64,000 bases of DNA from Nemertoderma westbladi. Lineage: Eukaryota; Animalia; Xenacoelomorpha. The position numbers were made by a program, and so were the translations under genes. The DNA lies in NCBI GenBank assembly GCA_032718475.1, contig JAUCBJ010003670.1, forward strand, positions 1-64,000, written 5' to 3'. Within the stretch, counting starts at the first letter, position 1, and every line of letters begins with the position of its first letter. The notes beneath the pieces are model-generated. The model was not told the origin of the DNA, made no database searches, and was given only the letters and a program-made list of their open reading frames with translations. Positions 25,121 to 37,615 of this stretch are shown in pieces.

Positions 25121-25853
25121 ATTCAATCGATGATTGATATGATATGATATTGTACTGTACAGTACGTAGCCTAACCTAACCATCCAATCGTATACCTACC
25201 ATAGCTATGATGGTTACTCTTCCTTTCATTTTTTTCTCTCCCTCTCTCTTTTTAGTGTTGTTTATTATTGATTGATTGTTGTCATCTCAATGATTTCCTA
25301 TCCACCCTCCCACCCGGTACTTGTCCACGTTGCTGTACCATCATGTTTTGCCACATTTCTCAACTCACTCTTCCATCCAACCACGAGAGAAAGAGGCAAT
25401 AAATATCTGAGTTATACCATAGTCATTGAATTCTTCATCTTCATCACTGGTAGCAGATGTTTATAAATAGCATCTAGTCCCTTAACATAATTACTATAGC
25501 ATAGAATACATTAATTCGACTATTAGTAATAATCGATTTCTTTTATCGTTGTATATATGTGACTGGTCGGTCAACTAAGTTGAATATAAGTTAGAATGAT
25601 AGGACTAGCATTGTTCACGTTGCATCTGTTACTCGTTACTGCTATTTCACTCTCTAACTCACGCTAATGTAATAAATCAACCATTAACCTAGAAGGATAA
25701 TTTTAGCTGTACACTTGCATCTGTTACACGAAACTACTATATTATTCACTGTAAGTCACTCTGTTGTAATAAAGCAACCATATAAACCGAAGTTTTACAT
25801 TCTAATAATCATTTATTTAGTTTTTATTTTTCAAAATAGTTTTCATTCTAATT

Positions 25854-26213
25854 ATGGATTTATTTAAAAAAAGTTCAAGCAATACTTGGAAATTTACATG
25901 TAATAAATATACCTGTAGTATTGTTTATGGCAAGTACTTTAAATTACACTCAAGCGATAGCAATGTAACAACATGCTTCTCTTACCGGGATACACTCTAC
26001 CTTCTAGACACCTTAGAAATATTAATCAACCGACAAAAGGAATCATCAGTTTCAAGAGGTAATATTTATCCTAATATAGAATTTACAAGAGGAAAGTTAA
26101 ATATTTCCACCTGCGTTATTACTGAAAACGTATATATTCAGAAGCGAGGCAAATGTCAAATTCTAAACAAATCACTCATTAATTTATTGCTTCAGAGTAA
26201 ACAAAAATATTAG
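25854..26213 (+). CDS. Polinton hypothetical protein, possibly the frameshifted N-part of the next ORF
   Basis: 119-aa ATG ORF abutting 26216 in a different frame. Confidence 0.45.
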   Translation: MDLFKKSSSNTWKFTCNKYTCSIVYGKYFKLHSSDSNVTTCFSYRDTLYLLDTLEILINRQKESSVSRGNIYPNIEFTRGKLNISTCVITENVYIQKRGKCQILNKSLINLLLQSKQKY

Positions 26214-26215
26214 AA

Positions 26216-26896
26216 TTGTTATCACCACCACTCGAAATAATAAATCAGTATTCTGTTGTTAATTTAACCAATCCATATTTTGTTGGTTTTGTAAGCAAAT
26301 ATAAAGGAACGGCTTATATGGGACTATGGGAGATTTCAGCTAGATATTCTGATGCTATTGGTCTTAGGTATTATAATGGGTTTAACTTAACAGCATCGGA
26401 AGTAAATTCATTGTGGTATGAATGGAATTATGAAATTAGTAACGAAGGTGTCTTTTCAGAGCTAGATACGAGCGATAAAGCTTTATCTGACCGACTTAAA
26501 GTAAAAATAAATGTACAAGAAAAAAAAGTAATTATTACAGACAAGGAAAGCAAATATTTACAGTTACATTACGATAAAGACATACCACATATAGAGTTTC
26601 TCAACGATATGATGGAAAAGGTTTCATCAACTGATATAGCAGACGGTTTCGCGATTCTATATCAACCAACTTGGAAGTTTAAGGTTAATAAATCATTTCC
26701 AGAAGCAGTTTCATTCACATTTAATCCAAAGACATACATCGAAGAGACATCGAGTGATAGAAAGCGCAGATCTACGTCTCAAACATCTTCCAATCCCAAC
26801 AATGATTCTATACCTACAAAGAAAAGAAAAGTTACAAAAGCAAGTGAAGAGGTAGCAGATTACAATAAGGAACATATAAAAGCAGTATCAGATTGA
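26216..26896 (+). CDS. PC4/Sub1-like ssDNA-binding/coactivator-domain protein with C-terminal NLS-like basic clusters
   Basis: FVGFVSKYKGTAYMGLWE...YNGFNLTASEVNSL matches the PC4 pattern VS.FKG..Y..IRE...KGISLT..QW..L. RKRR and KKRK at the C-terminus. Confidence 0.55.
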   Translation: MLSPPLEIINQYSVVNLTNPYFVGFVSKYKGTAYMGLWEISARYSDAIGLRYYNGFNLTASEVNSLWYEWNYEISNEGVFSELDTSDKALSDRLKVKINVQEKKVIITDKESKYLQLHYDKDIPHIEFLNDMMEKVSSTDIADGFAILYQPTWKFKVNKSFPEAVSFTFNPKTYIEETSSDRKRRSTSQTSSNPNNDSIPTKKRKVTKASEEVADYNKEHIKAVSD

Positions 26897-27474
26897 TTTA
26901 TTATTAACTAGAGACTTTCACAGTAAAGTTTCATAGTTTTTTTTTTCAGTTTCACACTGACTAGTAAAGGTAACTTTTTAACACAAAGCATGATTATTAT
27001 AAAGTATTTGCATGTAAAGGTAACTTTATTGAGTAAATATTGGTGATAGTTTATATTTAATGTGAGCATGGGATTAGGTATAAAACATTCGCATGTAAAT
27101 GCATGAGTTTACATCTGATATTATAATAAAACATTAGCATGTAAAACCTACTTTATCAATGAAAATTAAAAACGCATTATGCACATCTTGGTTTAGACTT
27201 GATTTTATTATAAAGAATTCAGTTGTAAAAGCAACTTTATTTATGATATTAGTTTCCAATGTAACTGTTATTTATGATTGGTTGGCATAAGTAGAAACTT
27301 GAAATATATATAAAGAGCTCAACTGATTTAATCGAGCTCATTCTGAAAATATTAAATTAATTAAAGTTTAGATATTATATTTTATTTGTGTTGAGTAGCT
27401 TATGAATTTTTTTTGATTATATATATATAACAATATTCATATTAATTTTAAATTGTTTTTAGGATAATAAAGAG

Positions 27475-30400
27475 ATGGATAAACAATTGAAATGTCCATT
27501 TTGTCCTCTTCAAATTTCTAAACGAAATTATTTAACTCACTTGAAATCACATTTTCAAGAATACAATTGTTTTAATTGTCAAGTGAAATGTTCACGTGAA
27601 GAAATTTGCAAACGACATGAATCAACTACGGGTTGTAAAGAAATGAAGTTTTGCGTGTATGAAAAAACTTGCCCTACTTGTAATAAAGAGTATTTATATG
27701 AGAATTATTTACGTCACGACTGTCACCAATGTTATTATCATGTTAGACCACCGCGACGGAACCAAAACAATACTGTCGCATCTAGAAAAAGACTGAAATC
27801 TGGTCAAGGTCCATCAATTTTTAGCCTCGAACGAGCCGCACACGATAACCGTTTAGAAATCTATGTTTACAATCTTCCGAATGATGAAGATTTTCCTGAT
27901 ATTCATTCATCGATACTAAAAATTCTTCCTCATATTAAAAAGTTATTATTAGGAAAACTTAGTGAAATGAATGTACTTAGACCCTGGCTAGGTGTGAATA
28001 TACTCATGTATTGATCACATTTTTCAGAGGGTGACCAAGAAGAAACTTTCTATTTTAGTTCTTCAGGTGGTGCAGTTAATACCGTAGATTCACATGAAAG
28101 TTTCTATATTTGGGAGTATGTACTAGAAAAATTAATGCAAAAAATAGCCATGTTTAACACTCGTGGCTCAGGGTGGCGCGTTAAATCTTTATTAAGAGTG
28201 GAAATTAAAGTAGCTGAATCCAAGTCTAAGTCACTGGAATATAAAGGTCACGGTTATATGGAGTTACCTAAGGCTCTATCGAGTAAACAATGTGTTATAA
28301 AAATACAAACGGCTGATAATGACTGTTTCAAATGGGCTATTATAGCCATAAAATTTAGTAGCAAAGTGAAGATAAACAAAAACTGTACTTCGTCATACAC
28401 AGATTACATGAATCATTTTATTTTTGACAATGGGAACAAAGATTATCCAACAGAATGGCAGCTTGCAATTAAACTTTTTGAAAAACAGAATTCAGCATAT
28501 ATAATTAATTTATTACTCTACGACAACAATCGAGTATCTATATTAAGACAGGCACCATTTAGTAAAATCACTCCAGATAAAGAGTTATTGAATATATTAC
28601 TTGTAAAAAATAAGAATAAATCAAAACAATCACATTATGTTTGCATAACTATCTTGAATCGCTTGATGAATACAAGCATATTGGATGTAGGAAATATTGT
28701 GAACGGTGTTTGACGCATTTTTACAGCAAGGATGTTCTAGAATTTCACCGTCTTACTTGTTATCAAGGAAAAAGTCAAGTTGAGAAGCTAGCGTCTGAAA
28801 AAAGAACTCACATTAGCTTTAGAAATTTAGACAGAACATTACCAGCATTGTTTGTAATATATTTTGACATAGAATCTATTTTGGAGCCAGCCAGCAACAG
28901 TAAATTTATTCAGAATCATATTCCATGCGCTGTAAGTTATTTAATTGTCCCTAGTAGCGAATTAATCAATCCACCAAAATTTTATTTGAAGACCTTTACA
29001 AAAACAATCGACAACAACTGTATTCAAGACTTTTTAGACTCTGTATATAATGACATCACCCAATTATATAAGTGGTCAGAAACTGACACGTGAGAAAAGA
29101 TGATACTTAATGATGTAGATAAGTTAAGTTTTTGGAAAGCTAAAACTTGCTTTTATTGCAATGTTTTATTTAAGGATAAATCTGAGAAAAACAAACATCA
29201 CTCACATATTACTGGTAACAATATAGCAGCCACTTGTAACGCATATAACCGCTCTTTATAGTTGAAACGACTCATGTATATACTCGCTGCACACAACTGC
29301 AATCACTACGATTTGCATTTTCTTTTACAAGTTGGGTTTACCAATAACAGATATTCCGATTGGGATATAAAGGTAATCCCTAAAAATTCTGAAAGGTATA
29401 TTTCACTAAGTATGCATATACCGGTAAAAGATCAAAAAACTAAAATTGAGCTACGTGTCTTAGACATATATCAATTTTTATCCTTTTCCCTAAGTACTTT
29501 AGTTGATTGTTCAACAAAGGATATAGACGGCGAGGATATAACATCAGTTCTACCAATTACTGAACAGCAAATGAAATATTTTTATCCGAAATTAAATAAT
29601 GCAACAATTAAACGAAAAGGTATATTTCCCTACGAGTATCTGACAGATTTAAATAAATTCAACGATTCGAAATTACCATCAATAGACAAATTTTATAGTA
29701 AATTAACACAAAATACCTGTACATCCGAGGAATATAGTTTTGCCAACGCATCATGGAGTCAGTTTGACTGTTCAAATCTCAAGGATTATCTTTTAGCATA
29801 CTTAAAACTCAATGTTTGTCTCCTCGCTGATATATTTGAGAACTTTAGGAGAGTATGTAGACAAAACTACGAATTAGAAGTAGTTTATTATTGCAGTATC
29901 GCAGCTTTCACTTATGATTGCGCCCTGAAATACAATAAATGTAAGTTAGCATTAATAAAAGATTACCAAACATATAGGGATTTTGAAGCATCTATTAGAG
30001 GAGGGATTTCATTCTGTCGAAAGCATTACATAGAATCAAATATACCAGATACTGATAATTATGATCCAAGCAAGGAAGGGTGTCATATTTTCAATATAGA
30101 TTTTAATTCCTTGTATTCGGGTAATTTAAGTAAAAAGCTACCTGTTTCAGGTTTTGAACAACTCAACGTTACATATTTAGAGAATGCTGCTCCAGAAGAA
30201 CTAATAAACTATTTAACAAATCTTGATACTGAAGGGGATATTGAGTTTTTCTTAATTTGCGATTTGAAATATCCCAAAGATATTCATGATCGTACATTAG
30301 AACTACCCTTAGCCCCAGAACATTTAAGTATAAATGAGACAATGCTTTCACCATATATGAAAGATCAATTTAATAATGTATGTAAACAAAGAGGTACTAA

Positions 30401-31410
30401 TAGCAAGTATAAGATGTGTGCACCAAAACTTATGTTGACACAATTCGATAAAGAATTATATCATGTAAATTTAAAACTGTTAAAATTTTATATAAAACAA
30501 GGTTTAATTGTTACTAAGCTCCATAAATTGTATTCTTTCCATCAAGACTTTGTATTTAAACCCTATATAGATTTTAATATTAATCAAAGACGTTTAGCAA
30601 AAACTTATATTGAAACAGCTGTTGCAAAGCTGCTGAATAACTCGTTATTTGGTAAAACAATAGAGAGGATACGAGATCGCTGTAATTTCCGTATCGCTAA
30701 TAGCAATGAGAAATGCGATCAATTGGTGAAACGTATAAATCACGAAAATTTCATGATTTATAACAATTCCTTATCGGGACACTTATTAGTGAAAGACAGC
30801 GTGACACTAGATAAACCAGTCTATGTAGGTAGTACTGTCTTGGATTTAGCCATACTTGATATGTATGAGCTGTACTACGATAAATTGCTACCTATTGAGA
30901 AAGAATTAAACTGCCGAATTGAAATTGTAGCACCAGATACAGACTCATTAATAGGTTGTTATTATAATACATCGCAGAATAATTTCTTAAAAGCATTAAT
31001 TAAAAATAATATTCTAGATACCTCTAATTATCCCAAGGATCACCCTCTCTACAGCGATAAAAATAAATCCAGACTCTATTACTGTAAAGACGAGTTGTGC
31101 TCACGAGAGATTAAACAAGCAGTATTTTTACGTCCAAAGTTATATTCAATTTTGGAATGGAATAACAAAAATATTCGTAGAGCGAAAGGAATAACAAGAG
31201 CTGTCGTGGATAAAAAAATTTGCCACAAAGATTATTTAAGAGCATATAAGGATAACGAAGAAATTTCCAAGGAAACGCATCAATTTCAGAGTCAATTACA
31301 CAAAGTGTACACTGTAGCATAAGATAAGTTTGCTCTCAGCGCATTTGACAATAAACTTTATTGGGTTAATAAAAATCATTCACTTCCCTGGGGTCACTAT
31401 CAAACAAAGG
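27475..31410 (+). pseudogene. Protein-primed family B DNA polymerase with N-terminal zinc fingers and an endonuclease VII-like insert
   Basis: C2H2-like fingers, GSGW, DNDCFKWA, ExoI YFDIES, ExoII HN..YD.HF, KGIFPY, motif A IDFNSLY, motif B KLLNNSLFGK, motif C DTDS, RPKLY and RAKG. Stops at 28012, 29091, 29259 and 31320, frameshift at ~28650. Confidence 0.95.
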
Positions 31411-31460
31411 TTGTAAAACCAATAAAAAAAAATATATACCTATTTATCGGGAGCCAAACA

Positions 31461-32002
31461 ATGAACTATCAGATAGTTAATAAGAATGTAAGTTAGCGAT
31501 TAATTTGAAAGAATTAAAAATTCAATTATCTGGTAAACACATACTCAAACCAAATCAGTTTATATATATGATATTTGGTGCCACATTATTAATATTTAAA
31601 AATGGTCGTATTACATTATTAGGTAGTAAGTATAATTTCCAAAAAGTAAAAAAGCATATATTTGATAAAACAAGTATTAATTTGATTTTAAAATCTGTTA
31701 ATTTATGTACTTATATTTTTAGTATTAACTCTGTAGTCTATAGGTTATTGATAAACAATACCGGGTTTTATGTTGTCTTTGATAATGTACAACTTCAAGT
31801 TATATATGAACCTGAAATTTTTAATAATTGCAAAATAAGAATAAATAATACCGTAGTCATTTGCTGCTTTCATACCGGTAAATGTACTTTAATGTGTTCA
31901 CCTAGCAAATTTCATATTTATTAACCTATATTTAGTAAACTGGTTAATTATTTATTAATGTTTGGTGTTGTGACTTTAGGTGTAGAATATATTGGTAATT
32001 AG
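31461..32002 (+). pseudogene. TATA-binding-protein (TBP)-fold protein of the Polinton
   Basis: MNYQIVN...INLKEL...ATLLIFKNGRITLLGSK (repeat 1) and KSVNL...YEPEIF...VICCFHTGKCTLM (repeat 2). Frameshift at ~31495, stop at 31922. Confidence 0.72.
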
Positions 32003-32139
32003 AAGGTGAAAATTAAACATTATTATTTTTCAATCGATCTATCGGTAGTTAGGGAAAACTAACCTCGTTTGAATAAGCATGACTCTCACAGGCTGACTGC
32101 GTGCCTAGCTGACAGTAGCTGCGAGGCTGACTGTGTGAC

Positions 32140-33055
32140 TAGCTGCGAGGTTGACTGCATCCCAGCAGCGTGGCTGACTGCGCACACATCTGATTGTAAC
32201 TGGTTCACGATATTGTATACATTGGTTTAGTTTGTTACTGCAGGTACTGTTACATTAATACTGTGGTACCGGTACTGCAGTACAATGCTAATAGAAGGAA
32301 ATCAGTATGCTCTATCTGACTATACTGTTACAACAACAGTGAAAGTACTGCAGTACTGTATTGTTTGGCTAGGTGATCTAATCCCTACATGTGAGACCCA
32401 TGCGTGCAATCCAGGTGATGACTGCAGTATGCTAATCAAGGTTCGGGTAGATTGCAGTATCCTTATAGGTGAAAAAAACAAATGCTATTGCATCAGATTA
32501 CTGCTGTACTGATACCGGTAGACCGCGACTACAGTGTTGGAAGAGTAAAACACTACCGGTACTGATAAAGTGGATGACAGTTGTGGATAGGGGCTGCGAG
32601 GCTGGCTGTGAGGTTGACTACATCCCCACAGCGTGGCTGACTGCGCACACATCTGATTGTAACTGGCTCACGATATTGTATACATTGGTTTAGTTTGTTA
32701 CTGCAGGTACTGTTACATTAACACTGTAGTACTGGTACTGCAGTATAATGCTAATAGAAGGAAATCAGTATGCTCTATCTGACTATACTGTTACAACAAC
32801 AGTGAAAGTACTGCAGTACTGTATTGTTTGGCTAGGTGATCTAATCCCTATATGTGAGACCCATGCGTGCAATCCAGATCATGACTGCAGTATGCTAATC
32901 AAGGTTCGGGTAGACTGCAGTATCCTTATAGGTGAAAAAAAACAAATGCTATTACATCAGATTACTGCTGTACTGATACCGGTAGACCGCGACTACAGTG
33001 TTGGAAGAGTAAAACACTACCGGTACTGATAAAGTGGATGACAGTTGTGGATAGG
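32140..33055. repeat. Tandem duplication of a 463-bp unit between the convergent Polinton gene blocks
   Basis: Near-identical sequence at offset 463 (32285 vs 32748). Confidence 0.95.
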
Positions 33056-33399
33056 CCTATAATAAATATTGAATTTAACAGTACCGGTACCAACAGGTTA
33101 ACCTTACATCCTATACAGATTATGTTGTATTTCTGACTAATATTACTAAAGTTATATGGATAGGTATAGGATGTTTCGCGATACCGGTACAACTATATTA
33201 GAATGCTATCGAGAATACTTACTGTACATGTTACATCTACATCATATTGTTAAATGTGTATGTTAACCTAGCGCAATTGATTCTTTTTTAGAGAACTTGT
33301 TGTAAAAAATTATATTTTATTATATTTTTATATTAACATCAAGACCATCACCAAAATAAATTATATTATATCCCATCACATTACAAGCTTAGAGTAAAC

Positions 33400-33972
33400 C
33401 TACTGTACATCATTCACCGCAGTTATTTCTTTCTGTTTATCACCTGTCTCAGTTAATCGCTTCGTTACATACCCTCCAATCCTTTTCGCTGAGCAGTAAT
33501 TCAAGCAGCTATCACCATCTTTGTGAAAACTACATTTATCTTCTACAGTAGTTAATTTATCGTGGAAGGGGCATGGAGTTAAATAATTGTAATATAGTCG
33601 AAATATTCCCAATTTGTTCATAGATTTTGGAGCGTAAACATTAAGTTGGGTATTTAATATTGCGGCTTTCATCAACCCGAATACATATATATTATATTTA
33701 TTTTTTAAATGTCTCTTCATGTACCTTTTAAAGTCATCTTGCGAAATGTCACCGTAATCCCAAGGTAAATGCGATGTAATATCGCGTAAATTGTTTACGT
33801 GGGCTTCATCTAATGTCGATAAGTTAATATCAGGAGGTCCTTTAATTAAAAACGTCTTTATATTAGTTTTACTGTATTTCGAATCGAATATAGCAAATTC
33901 TTTAAATACTACCGGATATTCCTTATTGTCTATCTTATAATATTGAAAATCAACAAAAATAACATTATCCAT
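33400..33972 (-). CDS. Conserved Polinton accessory protein (divergent RNase H/DEDD-like fold) with C-terminal Cys/His motif
   Basis: IFVDFQYY...FKEFAI...LPWDYGDI...IYVFGLMK...CPFH...CSFH...C resembles a family I recall from invertebrate Polintons. Confidence 0.55.
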   Translation of the reverse strand: MDNVIFVDFQYYKIDNKEYPVVFKEFAIFDSKYSKTNIKTFLIKGPPDINLSTLDEAHVNNLRDITSHLPWDYGDISQDDFKRYMKRHLKNKYNIYVFGLMKAAILNTQLNVYAPKSMNKLGIFRLYYNYLTPCPFHDKLTTVEDKCSFHKDGDSCLNYCSAKRIGGYVTKRLTETGDKQKEITAVNDVQ

Positions 33973-34016
33973 TTTATTGAATAATATATTTAGATAAACA
34001 AAAGTTAAATGATTAA

Positions 34017-34472
34017 TTACAACGCCTGTTGGTTTATTTTATAATAATTAACAAGCCATTTATATAATATTATTTCATTTATTTCCACATTATTTGTAAA
34101 CGCTCTCATTGGATAGTTTGTGTGAATTCGATTTACCAAGTAATAAAGACAGTATAACCCGCATGTGGTCCTTCTAGGGTCTTGAAATTGTTTGCGAGTA
34201 GTACACCACCTTGCTGAATTTTTCTCAAGCCATTTTTCAATACATCTGTTTGGATATTTTGGACCAAACGAATTAAATAATTCAGCTTCATTATCTCGTA
34301 TATATATAGCCACCCAATGAACACCTGGTAGATGCGCTTTATCGGTATTTACTATTAACCCATAGTCTCTTCGCTTATTATTATTATCTAATTTAGGTAA
34401 TTTATTAGATGGAAACACCCCCAAATAGTGACCACCCACTGGAAACATATCAAGGTCCTCTGTAGATAACAT
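34017..34472 (-). CDS. Adenain-like maturation cysteine protease
   Basis: GVFPSNKLP, IVNTDKAHLPGVHWVAI, FNSFG (usual Asp replaced by Asn) and Q....TTCGLYCLYYL. Confidence 0.9.
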   Translation of the reverse strand: MLSTEDLDMFPVGGHYLGVFPSNKLPKLDNNNKRRDYGLIVNTDKAHLPGVHWVAIYIRDNEAELFNSFGPKYPNRCIEKWLEKNSARWCTTRKQFQDPRRTTCGLYCLYYLVNRIHTNYPMRAFTNNVEINEIILYKWLVNYYKINQQAL

Positions 34473-34474
34473 AC

Positions 34475-35737
34475 TTAATCGATATGTATTTCTTTCCTGC
34501 TATTTAAACTTAATGATTGATCATAAATATTAAAAACGATTACATTTATGGTCTCAACCAATGGTTCGGCAAATCTTAATTTTAATTGTCCGTTAGTATA
34601 TATTGATGGTTGGGGATCCCTAACATAGCCGTCGGCAGTTAGGTCCCAGGATATGAGTGGGCAATTACCTAAGTAGGTTTCATGGTCTATATTATTACCT
34701 CCATAACCGTTAATGTATGTATTAATGTTCTTCATTAATCGAGTATACTCAAAAATGTATGTTCCATCTGTAAAATTAGGCTCGTATATTACACCACCTA
34801 CTGGAAGACCATCGGAAGACCTCAGTTCCGCACGTCTAAGGTTAAAATGTTCAAATTTCAATGGGTTACTAGTTAATTCTCCCGAATATGAATTATTTGT
34901 TATAAAACCGATAATAACTAATTTGGGTTTTTTACCATCAAATATGTTTGTTTGGGTATAATTTGTGGTTTGAGCGGGAATAGTAAATGTAGTAACCTCT
35001 TTTTTTTGAAATTGATATTCAATATCGTAGCTCTCTAAACCTTTTTGATGGCTGCTTTCTATTACTGGATTAACCTCCATTCTAGGGATTAGGATCTTTA
35101 CTTCATCTAATTCTAGCCGAAGATTTGTCACAGCTTTGCGTTTGGAGTGATTTTAAAAATAAACGAATTTGATACTTTTCTAAAATGCATTCTTAAATCA
35201 TACCCCGGTTGTATTATATTTTACTTTCAGTATCAAAATCAATCGTCAATCCGGTTACAAATTGCATTTGTTTACTAAAGGCATCGCCAATAGGATGCGC
35301 ACCGGGATTAATTTCATTTCCGTGTTCGGATAAAGGCTGACGAAAGCCGCTTGCCCCCAGTAGCCCATTTTTGTTTTGTATGTTGTAAATAGTAAATTGG
35401 ATAAGTACGACTTGTAGAAATAATGGTTATTGCTATTTTCAACCTGCTTCTCATTAAGGTCTATTTTAATATCACTCCACATAGTTCCAGAAGGGTAATT
35501 CAACATATAAATATGTGAGTTTTCAAGTCGTCTATCCCACCGTACAGTACATTTTGTAATTAATAATGCATCTTGCAGTTTCGTATAGAATTCATTGGAT
35601 CTCGGTACAAGAAACGTGACTTCCCTAGACTTGCTTCTGAGATTAGATACTGTGTAAATTGTTACATAATGCTTTGCTTTAAATTCAGTCTGTATTGGCT
35701 GTGTAGAAAATAAATCTAATTCCTTAATAATTGACAT
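34475..35737 (-). pseudogene. Major capsid protein (double jelly-roll), frameshifted
   Basis: ELDLFSTQPIQT, TMWSDIKIDLN, YFYKSYLSNLL, KPKLVIIGF, NPLKFEHFNL, WDLTAD and LRFAEPL..TINVIVF. Split across ORFs 35255-35737 and 34475-35131. Confidence 0.88.
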
Positions 35738-35739
35738 TA

Positions 35740-36303
35740 TTAAAAAATCATTTTTTCGCAGTGTTTCAGTTTGCCTTTTTTTATTTTTCTATTTTTACTA
35801 CGACGATGATGTATGTTCATAGACATTGGTCTAGTCGGTCGCTTTAAATCTCTATAAACTTTTTCTACAACTGATCTTGTTGATGGTTTCATTTTATTTA
35901 ATGCTTTATTAATAACCGTATTAGCCTGCTGATGTAAGACCCGCTTACCTTTTGGTATTACGTGTTGTCTCATAAATTTTGTGGTAAATGGTAAAGCTTT
36001 TTGTAAAACTTTTTTTGCTAATGGCTTTCCAAATTTTTTCAATGTAGATAAAGCGTCTGTAAATATACCTTCTCCGTGTTGATTTGTCCGCATACCTCTG
36101 CGATAACGTTGAAATTGACGTTGTTTTAAGTTTGGACCAAATGCACCAATTTGTTGACCTTAAGGGTCAATATATGATCCACCTCGAAAAACAGGAACTT
36201 GCGTCGAGCCTCTCGTACTTCTACCACCTTTAAAAACAGCAAGATTAGAGTCTGCACCACCATATTGAGGTTTACTGTATCTTTGAAATAAATCGGAATT
36301 CAT
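35740..36303 (-). pseudogene. Basic core protein (pVII/pX-like) with QxGG/QxGxG motifs; one internal stop
   Basis: ATG at 36303 reads MNSDLFQRYSKPQYGGA...PVFRGG...*...QHGEGIFTDALSTLKKFGKPL (amphipathic helix), followed by a K/R-rich tail. Lies just upstream of the MCP. Confidence 0.65.
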
Positions 36304-36304
36304 T

Positions 36305-36886
36305 TTAATTTATTTTTTTAAAGTGTAAGGTAATAGAAGTTGTACCGTGTTCAAAATTCAAATCTTTTCCTTCTTTGTCTGTTATTTCAATATGAATATA
36401 TGTTATCTTATATGATTTTTTTACAGGGATATAATGAATTGTATCCTTGGCAAATTCTTTATTTATTACACTACCATATTTCACGTCATCAGGCATCGCC
36501 ACACGACGAAGTAAAGCTAAACCAAAATCATTAATATATTCATTTTCAATTATATTAGTAGTCACGTACATGTTCGACTTAGGTTCTGGAATAGAATTGG
36601 GTGGTTGAGAACATAAAAATACCATCTGGTAAGCTTTTTCTTCATTTCCGATAATCTTTATTAAATAACCCTTTATATTATTTTTCGTCTTCAAAATAAT
36701 TTTAAAATTTGGATTTAAATTCGCACCGAGATTATTTTCAGTAATTCCAAAATAATAGGCTAATTGTTGACCTATAAATAACTCTCGTACAGTTTTCCCT
36801 AAAATAAATTGCAACCTATTTTGCTGAGTATTTTCAACTATTTGCAATTTATCTTTCAACGCCCCAGTGTTAAAATAATCTATAAT
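36305..36886 (-). pseudogene. Penton (minor capsid) 1, C-terminal part
   Basis: MYVTTNIIENEYINDFGLALLRRV...YIPV...IHIEITDKEG..LNFEHG...ITLHFK. Confidence 0.85.
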
Positions 36887-37615
36887 CATGAATTCCATGA
36901 GAAAACGGACATGGCATGTCAATTATCAAACCCCCCAATGTCTATTTTCAAATATGGGAGCTCTCAACTAATGTCCTGAAGTACTTAAAACAAGAAGAGT
37001 TTCGCCATGCCGACAATATGGCGCCGCTCGGCGCTTGTTTGAATACAAGCATATACTTACGGAAAATTTTTGTAATTTTGCGTGTGATTTTAGCCATTAT
37101 TTGAAGGTAGGTAAATAGAGAATGCCACATTTTCCCTCAGATTTTGAAACCAATAATTGTAAGCTATCATGAGAGGCTGTGGTTGATTAAATATCAGCCA
37201 CGCTTATGGTATTCTGTGCTCACAGGGATCAAAAAACCAAAGTATAAAAACGCAATTGCGAATTCTGAAATTCCGTAACGAAAAACATAGGAAACTTCTT
37301 ACCTGTAGATGGATATTGGACATTGTGGGTTAAAAACAAGATTCCTCTTTCGGTTCATCAGTGTCAACCAGCCAGATGTTGTCCCGTAAATTATGATGCA
37401 TGTAAAGCTGAGAAAAAGCCGTTACGGAATTTCAAAATATCGTTACGGAATTTCGTTTTTGAAATTCCGTAACGAAATATCCTGTAGGCCTACGTCTGGT
37501 ATCGCCCAACTACAGTATCACAAATTACTTTCGGTTTCTGTAGTCCACACATGGTGTAGGCTACCTAATTAGGCAGTAGCTGCTGTACTTACAAAGTTCA
37601 TTTACCGGTAGTAAA

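Noticed and set aside
32285-33029. Duplicated 75-93-aa ORFs
   Set aside because: Short, frames differ between the copies, and no motifs; by-products of the 463-bp duplication.
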